DNA from: an uncultured delta proteobacterium
GTDB lineage: Bacteria > Desulfobacterota > Binatia > UBA9968
NCBI GenBank assembly: GCA_963840855.1
Contig: CAWJBB010000084.1
Coordinates: forward strand, 1-64,000
Length of the DNA stretch: 64,000 bases
Direction: 5' to 3'
Part shown: positions 9,203 through 21,510 of the stretch, in pieces
Layout: each line of letters opens with the position of its first letter
Numbering within the stretch: position 1 is the first letter of the stretch
Notes under the pieces: generated by a model
The model's database searches: none
What the model saw: only the letters and a program-made list of their open reading frames with translations
What the model was told of the DNA's origin: nothing
Made by a program: the position numbers and the translations under genes

Positions 9203-9725
9203 GATGACCTCCTCGTGTAAATAGACACGCTTGCAACAGTTGAACCGTTTCATCTGAATTTGAAGGAAGTGAAACGGAAGAGTATGAGTAAACGGCTTTA
9301 AAGAGATATGTTTGGGTTCCGTCTGCCAACGGTTTTCCTTCTATCGTGACCCAGCTATGACCCAGCAGATCGTCACCGTCTTTACGGACGCCGAAGTGGA
9401 TCTCGACTGGATAGCCCATACGAGTCAACACTCGATAGAGCGTCAAGGATTGTCGTAAGCATGCGCGCGGAAAGACTCGCGCACCGAAAAGCCTCAGGTG
9501 ACATATCCGCGTTACAATCGGGACCGCTTCCTTTAACTCCAGAGCCGTTTGTTTTTTGTGAGACCGCGCAGTACGCGTGAGCCGTTCAAGCAACCCGGAA
9601 ATACTATAGATGCGCACAATGATAGGCAACCTGAAGAGCCATAGGGCTACACTCAAAGCCAGGGTGACTTTCTGTAGAAAACGTTCCCGAACCGGATGCC
9701 GGACAAAGCGAAGTAGTTTTTTCAT
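9165..9725 (-). CDS. Lasso-peptide B2-type transglutaminase-like leader peptidase
   Basis: ACLRQSLTL (Cys), IHFGV and GHSWVTIEG (His) motifs of Transglut_core3. Confidence 0.9.
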   Translation of the reverse strand: MKKLLRFVRHPVRERFLQKVTLALSVALWLFRLPIIVRIYSISGLLERLTRTARSHKKQTALELKEAVPIVTRICHLRLFGARVFPRACLRQSLTLYRVLTRMGYPVEIHFGVRKDGDDLLGHSWVTIEGKPLADGTQTYLFKAVYSYSSVSLPSNSDETVQLLQACLFTRGGHHGREETPAVSTT

Positions 9726-9743
9726 CGTCAGATCACGGCTTCT

Positions 9744-10295
9744 TCATAGAGCCGCCGGGTCGAACTCGAATTTAAAGGGCGGCGGTCGTGGCGTAGCCTC
9801 TGTCTTTGACGATTGGGGGGGTGGTTCGACGCGCTTGGCCGGCGGCTGCTGTGGCGCAGGCACAATCGTCTTTGTCGATTCTTCTATGGATGCTTCGGTC
9901 CGTTTGGGCGGCGGCCTTGTCCCTTCGCCTAAGACAACTACCCTGGTAATGCGGCGGCCCTTGTCGTTGGGAACTTGAGCGTAGAGAATAGTTATGTTTT
10001 TTGCCAATCGATTGAGCGCCTCGTCCAGAGCGACGTGATGGAGCTGAATCGTGATTTTCTCTTCCGGACCGAGATTACTATCAATGATGATTCCTGCTTG
10101 CTTGCCAATCTCTTCGAAGACTTTTGCCAGAGGCGCCTCGTTGGCTTCCAGCGTAAGGTAGTCTTTGGTGACCTTCGCCTGGAACATCCCCCGAGGCAGA
10201 GTCGTGGGCTTTCCCAATTTTTCGGCACTATGAGCTATGCCTATCGTGCAGGCTAACATCACGGTCGCCGCAATATGCCTGCGCATGCGCTTCAT
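9744..10295 (-). CDS. Secreted protein with a secretin/TonB N-terminal (STN/N0)-like domain and Pro-rich tail
   Basis: Signal peptide MKRMRRHIAATVMLACTIGIAHS-A; LEANEAPLAKVFEEIGKQAGI...LDEALNRL. Confidence 0.65.
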   Translation of the reverse strand: MKRMRRHIAATVMLACTIGIAHSAEKLGKPTTLPRGMFQAKVTKDYLTLEANEAPLAKVFEEIGKQAGIIIDSNLGPEEKITIQLHHVALDEALNRLAKNITILYAQVPNDKGRRITRVVVLGEGTRPPPKRTEASIEESTKTIVPAPQQPPAKRVEPPPQSSKTEATPRPPPFKFEFDPAAL

Positions 10296-10581
10296 TGATC
10301 GTATCCTTTCGAGAAATTACCCGGACCGGCAACTTGCATTGCGCGCCGATCCAAACATTAGTGTCGGGAGCGGATGCTAAATCAAAGGCCGACGAGCGCT
10401 CCCCGTCCATTTCTCCCCCACCTCGAAGAAGACGACTGCACTGTCCTGTATCGCTGTCACGCACCGGATGTCAATAGCTATTTGCGGCTGTGTAATCCTT
10501 ATCGCTTTTGCTGCTGATTATAGGTTCTTCCTAACTGGCTTGCCTCGTTGTAGATCAGAACCCACCCCAAAGAATTCTATT

Positions 10582-10762
10582 CTCGCGCCAAGCATGTCCT
10601 GAGCAACGTCGAAGGGACGCCAAGCAATATTCTTTGTCATTTCGACCCCTTCGGCCAAGCTCAGGGTAAACTCCGGGAGAAATCCTTCTTAGATCCCTCG
10701 CATTTGCTCGGGATGACGGGCCTCGGCCCGTCCACCTTGGCGTCTTTGCGCCTTTGCGCGAG
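10582..10762. repeat. Nested composite of short palindromic intergenic repeats
   Basis: Outer CTCGCGC..ACGCCAAG / CTTGGCGT..TTTGCGCGAG pair; inner CCTGAGC..CGAAGGG / CCCTTCG..GCTCAGGG pair; GTCATTTCGA..GGGATGAC element. Confidence 0.7.
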
Positions 10763-10818
10763 TCATAATCGGTGTTCGTGGTCTTTGTGACGGCTAATTT
10801 GGACAAGAGTGGCCCAGG

Positions 10819-11415
10819 CTATTTTTTGAATCCGCCCACGAGGGCTCTTCTTCCTCCGTCCCAGAAGCATTGCACATTCTCAAATCCCGCTTCTCTAATC
10901 CATTTGAGCTGGTCCTGCTGGGAGGGCGTCATGCGATCGAAGTTCAGAAAACACCCGCCACTTTTCACCAGTGAAAAAGTTTCGCCGTAGATCGCCCGAA
11001 TGGTGTCCGGCAAGCGGACGTTATGGATCGCTATCGATGACACAACGGAGTCAAAAGGGCCTTTGATCTTCCGGCTCCAGCCGGGCTTGCTAAAATCACA
11101 GAGAACGTACTTGAAGCGTCCTTTGAATTCTTTCATGCGCTGGCGGCCCAGCTTGACCATCTCCTCCGAGCCATCCTGACACACAGCCGTGGCGTTGGAA
11201 AAATGACTCAATAGAAACCGGGCCAGCGCCCCATAGCCCGCGCCGAGATCGAGAATTTTGATCGGCGCCTCTTGTTTATGGCCCGGGACTTTCGTCATCA
11301 ATCGAAAAATAGCCTCGCGATCGGCCTCCCGTTCCTCCTGCCGCTCCGCCCACTGGGATACGTATTTTTGCGAGCTCCAGTCGTGGCGATCCCAGGGATC
11401 TGATATTTTTGCCAT
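10819..11415 (-). CDS. Class I SAM-dependent methyltransferase
   Basis: ILDLGAGYG motif I, FDSVVSSIAIHN; likely start MAKISDPW. Confidence 0.88.
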   Translation of the reverse strand: MAKISDPWDRHDWSSQKYVSQWAERQEEREADREAIFRLMTKVPGHKQEAPIKILDLGAGYGALARFLLSHFSNATAVCQDGSEEMVKLGRQRMKEFKGRFKYVLCDFSKPGWSRKIKGPFDSVVSSIAIHNVRLPDTIRAIYGETFSLVKSGGCFLNFDRMTPSQQDQLKWIREAGFENVQCFWDGGRRALVGGFKK

Positions 11416-11512
11416 CGGTTTATCTCCAAATCGATTTTTCTTTGCGCTCAGCGGAAAAATATCACCCGGTTTTCTCGCGCGCAATCAGAAATTTAGCGTG
11501 ATCTAATCTCCC

Positions 11513-13709
11513 CTATCCCACCGCGCCGAGTTGCAAGCGCTTGCCCCAGCGATGAATTAACACTTCGCGCAGGCCGGCGGATTCCGGAGTTGTTAGATTA
11601 GGATCTTTTTCCAAGTAGAGCTGCGCTTCTCGGCGCGCTTCGATGAGGATTTCCGTGTCGCGCGCCAGATTGGCAAGGCGAAAATCGCCCATGCCGGACT
11701 GGCGGGTGCCGAGAAATTCCCCTGGGCCGCGCAGCCGCAGGTCGGCCTCGGCGATTTTGAAGCCATCGAATTCTCGTTCCATCACGCTCAGTCTCTCCGC
11801 CGCCAGCGGATTTTGCGGCGCGCGATTGATGAGCAGGCACGTGCCCGGCGCGCTGCCGCGCCCCACCCGGCCGCGCAACTGATGCAACTGCGATAGGCCG
11901 AATCTTTCGGCGTGTTCGACGACCATCACCGTCGCATTGGGGATATCGATGCCCACTTCGACAACGGTAGTGGCGACCAAGACTCCAATGGCGCCGTCCC
12001 TGAACGACCGCATGACCTCGTCACGCTCATCGTTGGCCATTTTTCCATGCACCAGACCGACGCCGAATTCTTTGAAGACCCCGTCGCGCATCTTTTGCGC
12101 CATCTGAGAGGCATCGCGCACCTGCGTTAGCTCCTCGCTCGCTTCGACCAGGGGATAAATAATGAATGCTTGATGTTTCTGGCGCAGCTCGCGCGCGACA
12201 GTCTCATAAACGGCGCGGCGCTCCTTAGGATAAAAGACCTTGGTGCGGATCGGCGTTCGTCCTGGAGGCAACTCGTCAAGAAAAGAAACATCAAGATCGC
12301 CGTACAGCACCATGGCGAGGCTGCGCGGAATCGGCGTGGCGCTCATGAGCAGCATGTGGGGCTCCGCCGCCCCGGCAACAGATTTGCGCATCCGGCGCCA
12401 GCAGGCGCTTTAGTGAAAGCCTCTGGATCACGCCGAAACGATGTTGCTCGTCGATAACGCCCAGCCCCAGGCGCGGCACGCGCACACCCTCCTGGATCAA
12501 AGCATGGGTGCCGACAAGAAACTGAATCTCACCGCTCTCGACGCGGCCCAATATAGATTTCCTGTCCGTGGCATTTATCGAGCCGGTGAGCAGCGCCGCG
12601 TTGATCTTCAAGGCTTTGGCAAAGCCCGCGATGTTGCGGAAATGTTGTTCCGCCAAGAGCTCCGTGGGCGCCATCCAGACAGCCTGGTAACCACCTTCGA
12701 TGACACGCAAAGAAGCGAACCACGCCACCATCGTCTTGCCGGCGCCGACGTCACCTTGGACCAGCCGCTGCATGGCGCGCGATGAGTTCATATTCTGCTG
12801 GATTTCACGCAATACGCGCTCCTGCGCACCGGTGAGCGTGAAGGGCAACAAGCCGCGCATCGCCGCTCCAAGCTCACGCCGTGACGAATGCAATTGCACC
12901 CCTTCGGCCGCGGCTCGACCGCGCTTTCTCAGCGCCAAGCCAAGCTGTAGGTAGAAAAGCTCGTCGAAAATAATGCTGCGATGGGCGTTGGAGGCGAAAG
13001 TATTGAGCGCTGCAATATGCGATGCCGACGGCGGTTGGTGCAGTTCGGACAATGCCGCCGATATGGGTAGCAGGCCCTGGCGTTCACTGGTGGCCAGCGG
13101 CAAAAGACTCGGCAAGCAGGGTCCATAATCAGCCAGCGCGAGAGCGATCCATTTTCGCAGTAAAGACAAAGAGACACCGGCGGGATGCAAATACACGGGC
13201 AGGATTCTTTCCAGCTCGCCGGCGCCGTCTTCATCCAGAACATCGAATTCCGGGTGAACGATGCGCTTTCCGCCGCGGGAATCAGATTCAACCTTACCGT
13301 GGACTAAAAGCCGCGCACCTTCGGGCAAACGCCCGACGAGATAACCCGGCGCGCGGTACCAAAAGAGGCTTAGAACACCGGTTTCGTCGCTTAACATCGC
13401 GCTAAGCATTTGCCCGCGCCGGCGCGGATTAAAGTGTTTTTTTAGTTTCGAAAGCCGCCCGATACAGGTCAAAAGGGCGCCGGGCACCGCGTCACGAATT
13501 CCTTTGATGCCGCGCCGGTCTTCATAGCGAAACGGAAGATGATAAAGGAGATCTTCGACCGTGGTGAGACCGATGCCCTCGAGTTCCGCGGCGCGTTTCG
13601 GGCCAATGCCTTTAAGAAAACTGAGCGGTTGCTCCAGCGCGCGCAGGCACTGGCTTAAGGATTGAACTTCCCCAGGAGGCGGCCTAGCAGGCTGCTGCGA
13701 AATAGCCAT
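11513..13709 (-). CDS. recG: ATP-dependent DNA helicase RecG (one frameshift near 12390, probably an assembly indel)
   Basis: QGDVGAGKT, IDEQHRFG, MSATPIPRSL, LSQLHQLRGRVGRG and DLRLRGPGEFLGTRQSG motifs split over ORFs 12291-13757 and 11513-12391. Confidence 0.95.
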
Positions 13710-13729
13710 GAAGTTGATTGCAGTCAACC

Positions 13730-13841
13730 GCTTCAAATAACAGTTCAAGCCGTTCAACGCTGCGCTCCGTTCAAACCGTTCAAATCGTATTCGGAGGTTG
13801 TTAACGGTTTGAACGTTTTGAACGTCTGGAACGATTGGAAC
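13730..13841. repeat. Inverted arrays of about 9-bp CGTTCAA(A/G)-type repeats
   Basis: GTTCAAGCCGTTCAAC..CGTTCAAACCGTTCAAAT followed by TTTGAACGTTTTGAACGTCTGGAACGATTGGAACG. Confidence 0.75.
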
Positions 13842-13853
13842 GCGCGCAAGCGT

Positions 13854-17093
<3,240 letters not shown>

Positions 17094-17097
17094 TGAA

Positions 17098-18264
17098 TCA
17101 TTGGCCTCGAAATTTTGCCATGAGGTCGATGAAGCGACTAAATAGATAATGGGCGTCGTGCGGTCCGGGCGATGATTCCGGATGATATTGCACGGAGAAG
17201 ATCGGCAATTCTCTGTGCGCTAACCCCTCCACCGTATTGTCGTTCAAATTCAGATGAGTGATTTCCACCGCGCCCTTGAGGGAGTCCGCGTCCACGGCAA
17301 AACCGTGATTCTGAGCCGTGATTTCGACTTTTCTCGTGGTCACATCCATCACCGGCTGGTTGCCGCCGTGATGACCGAATTTCAGTTTGTAGGTCTTGCC
17401 GCCCAAGGCCAGACCCATGATCTGGTGCCCGAGGCAGATACCGAAGATCGGTTTCTTGCCGATGAGCTTTTGCACGTTTTCCCTGGCGTAGGGAACCGCG
17501 TCGGGATCGCCGGGACCGTTGGAAAGGAAAATGCCGTCGGGATTCATGGCCAAGACATCTGCCGCTGAAGTGTCCGCCGGAACAACTCTCACTTGGCATC
17601 CCGACTCGGCGAGGTTGCGCAGAATGTTGTACTTGATGCCAAAGTCGTAGGCGACCACGGAAAAGCCGGGAGATTGAAAGCTGGCCACCTTTTTGCCCCG
17701 CCGGGGGTTCTTCGCAGCCTGCCGCTTCTTGTAGCCTTCGCCCAATTCCCAATCGCCTTCGTCCCAATCGTAGGGCGCTGCGCAGGTCACATTTTTCACT
17801 AAATCCCGCCCGACCAGTCCCGGCGAAGCCTTAGCCTTGGCGATGGTATCGGCCGGGTTGGCGTCCGCCGTGGTAATGATCCCCTCCTGAGAACCCTGAT
17901 CGCGCAAGTGGCGCACCAGCGACCGGGTATCGATTCCCTGAATGCCCACGATGCCGTGCTGCTCCATGTATTCATGCAGCGGTTTTGCGGCGCGCCAGTT
18001 GCTCGGCCTCGCCGTGTAGTCCTTGACGATAAATCCCTTGGTGTAAGGTCTTCTCGACTCGACATCTTCGAGGTTTACGCCGACGTTGCCGATCTGTGGA
18101 TAGGTCATGGCAACGAGCTGGCCCTCATAGGATGGGTCGGTGAGAATCTCCTGGTAGCCGGTCATGCTGGTGTTGAATACCACCTCACCCGCCGCTTCGC
18201 CTGCCGCTCCGAAGGAGAGCCCTTCGAAATAGCGTCCGTCCGCCAATGCCAAGATCGCTTTCAT
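17098..18264 (-). CDS. carA: Carbamoyl-phosphate synthase small subunit
   Basis: [30 protein letters not shown] and QYHPE motifs. Confidence 0.99.
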   Translation of the reverse strand: MKAILALADGRYFEGLSFGAAGEAAGEVVFNTSMTGYQEILTDPSYEGQLVAMTYPQIGNVGVNLEDVESRRPYTKGFIVKDYTARPSNWRAAKPLHEYMEQHGIVGIQGIDTRSLVRHLRDQGSQEGIITTADANPADTIAKAKASPGLVGRDLVKNVTCAAPYDWDEGDWELGEGYKKRQAAKNPRRGKKVASFQSPGFSVVAYDFGIKYNILRNLAESGCQVRVVPADTSAADVLAMNPDGIFLSNGPGDPDAVPYARENVQKLIGKKPIFGICLGHQIMGLALGGKTYKLKFGHHGGNQPVMDVTTRKVEITAQNHGFAVDADSLKGAVEITHLNLNDNTVEGLAHRELPIFSVQYHPESSPGPHDAHYLFSRFIDLMAKFRGQ

Positions 18265-18285
18265 CTATTGCTTGCTATCCTTCCG

Positions 18286-20235
18286 TCATTTGGTCGGCGC
18301 CGCCGCGTTTTGCGGCCGCGGCCGCGTCGCACCGTCGCTTAGATTGATGATCGAATAGATCACCGCTTCATCTTTTTCACCCTGCTCCGTCGCTCGCAGT
18401 TTAACGCGCACCCGTTCCCGCTCCGAACTCGGAATGTGTTTGCCGACGAAATTGGGCTTCACCGGAACCTCCCTATGGCCCCGGTCGATCAGAACCGCCA
18501 GGCGCACCATTTTGGGACGGCCGGATCGGAAAATAATGCTCAGAGCGTCTTTGATCGTTCTGCCCGTATAAATGACATCGTCTACGAGCACGATCTCGCG
18601 GTCCCTAAGATTAAGCGGCCCGGCGTCGGTAGCGATGGGGGAAATCCGGCGAATTTCGTCATCGGCGCCGTAGATGTCAATCTCGCCGACCTCGTATTTT
18701 CGCTTGTTTTGCTTTTCCAGTTCCGCCGCGACGCGACGCGCCAGAACGGAACCTTGGGTGCGGATACCGAGAAGTAGCAGCCTGTCTGGGTCCTGGCATT
18801 CTTTGAGAATTTCCCGGCTCATCGACTGGACGGCCCCTTGGATCTCATCGTCGTTCATAATCATTCGCTGTCCGCGGCTCTTGTATGGCTCATAGCCGAG
18901 CTCTTCCGCCTCTTTGATCGAATCGAAGATCGCCAACTCATTTTTCTCGAGCCAGTCGCCAATCGTCGCCCGGAGCGAAATATCGTAGGCACAGTAGCGT
19001 TTGGACTTCACATGGCCCACCAGTTGCACTTTGAACCGGTGATCGCAATAGACACAGCTGAGAATCAGCGCTCCGCCGGGCCCGCCGGAGAGCAGAGCGA
19101 ATCGGCGCTGCGTCGAGCCGGCTTCGGTGACGGTCACACAATTGCTATTGACGCAGTGGGGGCCAAGGGACTCCGGGCTTTCATACAAAAAGACTTTATG
19201 TACCGCCGGCCCGGCTTTGTCCTCGGCGCGGTCAAACAAAAACTTTAACAGCGCCATGCGCACCGGCACGCCGTAGGCCGCCTGCTTAAAATAAATGCCG
19301 CGCTTGTCGCGGTCCAGTTCCGGCGATAGCTCATCGACCCGCGGCAGTGGATGCATGACCACGGTGTCCTTAAAGCGCTTTTCCCTGAGAAAGCGGTCTC
19401 CGATGGTCGGATAGCTGCCAGCGCCGGCGCCTTCTTTGATCCGCTCCTTCTGCTTGCGCGTCATATAAAAAGCGTCGTAGCGTAGGCCGGATGCCATTGC
19501 GCTGATGCGCGTCTGGATCGAGGCATCCAACTGCGTAAAGAGCGCCAACTGGTGCGGCTGTTGCGGCGTGAGATAGAGCGCGTCGGTTTCCGTAACCACG
19601 GCGCCTAAATCACCGGCGGCCAACCGGCTCAAGTTGTAGCCGTAATCCAGCTCCAAGCGTTCCAAGACATACTGCGGAAGTTCCATGCCGGCGGCAGCCA
19701 GGGTCACGACGTTGGCGCCAAAACGCGCCAGGGCGTAAACCAGAGAGTGAATCGTCCGGCCATTCTTGAGGTCGCCGCAAACTACCACGGTCAATCCTTT
19801 TAGCTCGCCCTTCTCCTTGCGCAAAGTATAAAGATCGCACAGTGTCTGCGTCGGATGCTCATGGCGGCCGTCGCCGGCGTTGATCACCGGTACATCAGCA
19901 TGCTCGGCCATGGCGCGAACCGCGCCGTCCCAGTGATGGCGCACGACCAGAACATCCGAATAGCTGGAAACCACCTTGGCCGTGTCGGCAAGGCTTTCTC
20001 CTTTGGCCGCCGACGACGCGCGCATGTCAGCGCAACTGATCACCTCGCCGCCCAGACGATGCATCGACGACTCGAAAGAAAGACGAGTGCGCGTGCTGGG
20101 CTCGTAAAAAAGCGTCGCCATAATCCGGTCGCCTGCCGACTTTTCCTTCCGTAACTTATCCGCGTCATCCGCCAACGCGAAGATTTCTTCGATCTCCGCG
20201 TTGGTCAAATCGGCGATGGAAATCAGGTTGCGCAT
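18286..20235 (-). CDS. pyrB: Aspartate carbamoyltransferase fused to a PyrI Zn-binding domain and a C-terminal PyrR-like PRTase domain
   Basis: FYEPSTRTRLSFE, HPTQ and MHPLPRVDE; then CVNSNC...CVYC; then LVDDVIYTGRT...DRGHREVP; 649 aa in one frame. Confidence 0.9.
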   Translation of the reverse strand: MRNLISIADLTNAEIEEIFALADDADKLRKEKSAGDRIMATLFYEPSTRTRLSFESSMHRLGGEVISCADMRASSAAKGESLADTAKVVSSYSDVLVVRHHWDGAVRAMAEHADVPVINAGDGRHEHPTQTLCDLYTLRKEKGELKGLTVVVCGDLKNGRTIHSLVYALARFGANVVTLAAAGMELPQYVLERLELDYGYNLSRLAAGDLGAVVTETDALYLTPQQPHQLALFTQLDASIQTRISAMASGLRYDAFYMTRKQKERIKEGAGAGSYPTIGDRFLREKRFKDTVVMHPLPRVDELSPELDRDKRGIYFKQAAYGVPVRMALLKFLFDRAEDKAGPAVHKVFLYESPESLGPHCVNSNCVTVTEAGSTQRRFALLSGGPGGALILSCVYCDHRFKVQLVGHVKSKRYCAYDISLRATIGDWLEKNELAIFDSIKEAEELGYEPYKSRGQRMIMNDDEIQGAVQSMSREILKECQDPDRLLLLGIRTQGSVLARRVAAELEKQNKRKYEVGEIDIYGADDEIRRISPIATDAGPLNLRDREIVLVDDVIYTGRTIKDALSIIFRSGRPKMVRLAVLIDRGHREVPVKPNFVGKHIPSSERERVRVKLRATEQGEKDEAVIYSIINLSDGATRPRPQNAAAPTK

Positions 20236-20257
20236 GATCCACGCAGCTCCAGAATTC

Positions 20258-20815
20258 TCACAGCGCGCCGCGGCCTTGCCAGCGGGTGATCGTGATCTGA
20301 TCGATTCCGTCGGACTCTTCCAGCATCACGTTCACTCGGTTGCCTTCGCCCGCTTCCACATTCTTTCCAACGATATCGGCACGAATAGGCAATTCCCGCG
20401 ATCCGCGGTCGACGAGTACCGCGACCAAAATTCTTTTCGGCTGCCCGAATTGCGCCACCGCATCCATCGCCGCGCGAATCGTCCGGCCACGAAAAATCAC
20501 GTCGTCGACTAACACCACGGTTTTATCGTCCACCGCCACCGGCACTTCAAACGCGCCCACCGTAGCCGATCCCGGTTCCTGCGCGCGGTCATCACGGTAC
20601 GGCGTGACGTCAAGAACGCCGACCGGCGTTACGACTCCGGTGATTTCCTCGACCTTGCGCGCGATGCGGCGCGCCACATGCACTCCCCTCGAGCGAATCC
20701 CGATGAGAACCAAACCAGCCGCATCGTTGCTCTGTTCAATGACCTCATGGCCCATGCGATTGATGGCGCGCGCCAATTCGTCGGCTTCGAAAAGGACTTG
20801 CTTTTCTTGCATCAT
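20258..20815 (-). CDS. pyrR: Pyrimidine operon regulator / uracil phosphoribosyltransferase PyrR
   Basis: RAINRMGHEV, GIRSRG, YRDD, VLVDDVIFRGRTIRAA and DRGSRELPI motifs. Confidence 0.93.
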   Translation of the reverse strand: MMQEKQVLFEADELARAINRMGHEVIEQSNDAAGLVLIGIRSRGVHVARRIARKVEEITGVVTPVGVLDVTPYRDDRAQEPGSATVGAFEVPVAVDDKTVVLVDDVIFRGRTIRAAMDAVAQFGQPKRILVAVLVDRGSRELPIRADIVGKNVEAGEGNRVNVMLEESDGIDQITITRWQGRGAL

Positions 20816-20818
20816 GGC

Positions 20819-20848
20819 AAAAAAAAACCCCTCGGTTCACCGAGGGGT
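20819..20848 (-). terminator. Attenuator terminator of the pyr leader
   Basis: On the minus strand, ACCCCTCGGT-GA-ACCGAGGGGT followed by a T run, immediately before the pyrR start. Confidence 0.85.
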
Positions 20849-20890
20849 CAAACGATAGTATGCGAAATGGTTCCTAAGCTATTCATGGCG

Positions 20891-20923
20891 CCTTTCCCAG
20901 CCTCGCGGGACCGGATTAAAAGG
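20891..20923 (-). promoter_or_regulatory. PyrR-binding RNA stem-loop (PyrR leader element)
   Basis: Minus strand CCTTTTAA-TCC-GGTCCCGCGAGGCT-GGGAAAGG matches the UUUAA..(A/G)GUCCNGNGAGGCU..AAGG PyrR consensus. Confidence 0.85.
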
Positions 20924-21048
20924 AAGACACGGTTTATTTAGCTATCATGACGCAAGCCGTCGGCTGCGTCAGCCCACAGAAACAATGGTACTGTAATATG
21001 ATTTCCACGGTATATTCAAGATAGCGGCGAAAGATTTCGCGGAAAATT

Positions 21049-21510
21049 CTATTCGCGGATCTGCACAATGATTTCGGTTTCCACCGGCGCGTCCTGACTG
21101 AGCGACGCCACGCCGACCGCGGCGCGGGTATGTTGCCCCTTTTCGCCCCAGACTGAAACGAGCAAGTCGGACTCGCCGTTGACGACTTTAGGCATGTCGG
21201 TAAATCCCGGAGCGACGTTCACGTAGCCCAGCACCTTGACAATGCGCTCTACTTTGTCGAGATCGCCAAGCGCCGCTTTCATGGTCGCGAGATGATTGAG
21301 CGCGCAATCGCGCGCCGCGTCATAGGCCTGTTCCAGGGTGACCGTGCCGCCGACCTTGCCGCGGTATTTGAGCACGCCATTGATGCGGCCGATATTGCCG
21401 CCGATAAACAACAGATTGCCGACCCGGACAAAGCCGATGTAATTCGCGGCGGGGGTCGGCGGATCGGGCAACTCGATCCCCATCGTGTTGAGCTTTTTCT
21501 CTATTTCCAT
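21049..21510 (-). CDS. RidA/YjgF family protein
   Basis: PPTPAANY, VNGESDLL..GQHTRAAVGVASL motifs. Confidence 0.9.
   Translation of the reverse strand: MEIEKKLNTMGIELPDPPTPAANYIGFVRVGNLLFIGGNIGRINGVLKYRGKVGGTVTLEQAYDAARDCALNHLATMKAALGDLDKVERIVKVLGYVNVAPGFTDMPKVVNGESDLLVSVWGEKGQHTRAAVGVASLSQDAPVETEIIVQIRE

Noticed and set aside
5552-9725. Calling the cluster a canonical lasso peptide BGC or a PQQ operon
   Set aside because: There is no asparagine-synthetase-like lasso cyclase and no Asp/Glu in the core. There is no pqqB/pqqC, and the peptide lacks the PqqA E-x-x-x-Y motif.
10555-10806. 83-aa ORF over the nested repeat
   Set aside because: It is a translation of palindromic repeat DNA, not a credible protein.
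11513-13757. recG as a true pseudogene or programmed frameshift
   Set aside because: A single indel in an otherwise conserved gene, in a window with many scattered indels (NTase, SBPs, MFS, kinase), is more simply explained as assembly error. Reads are needed to decide.
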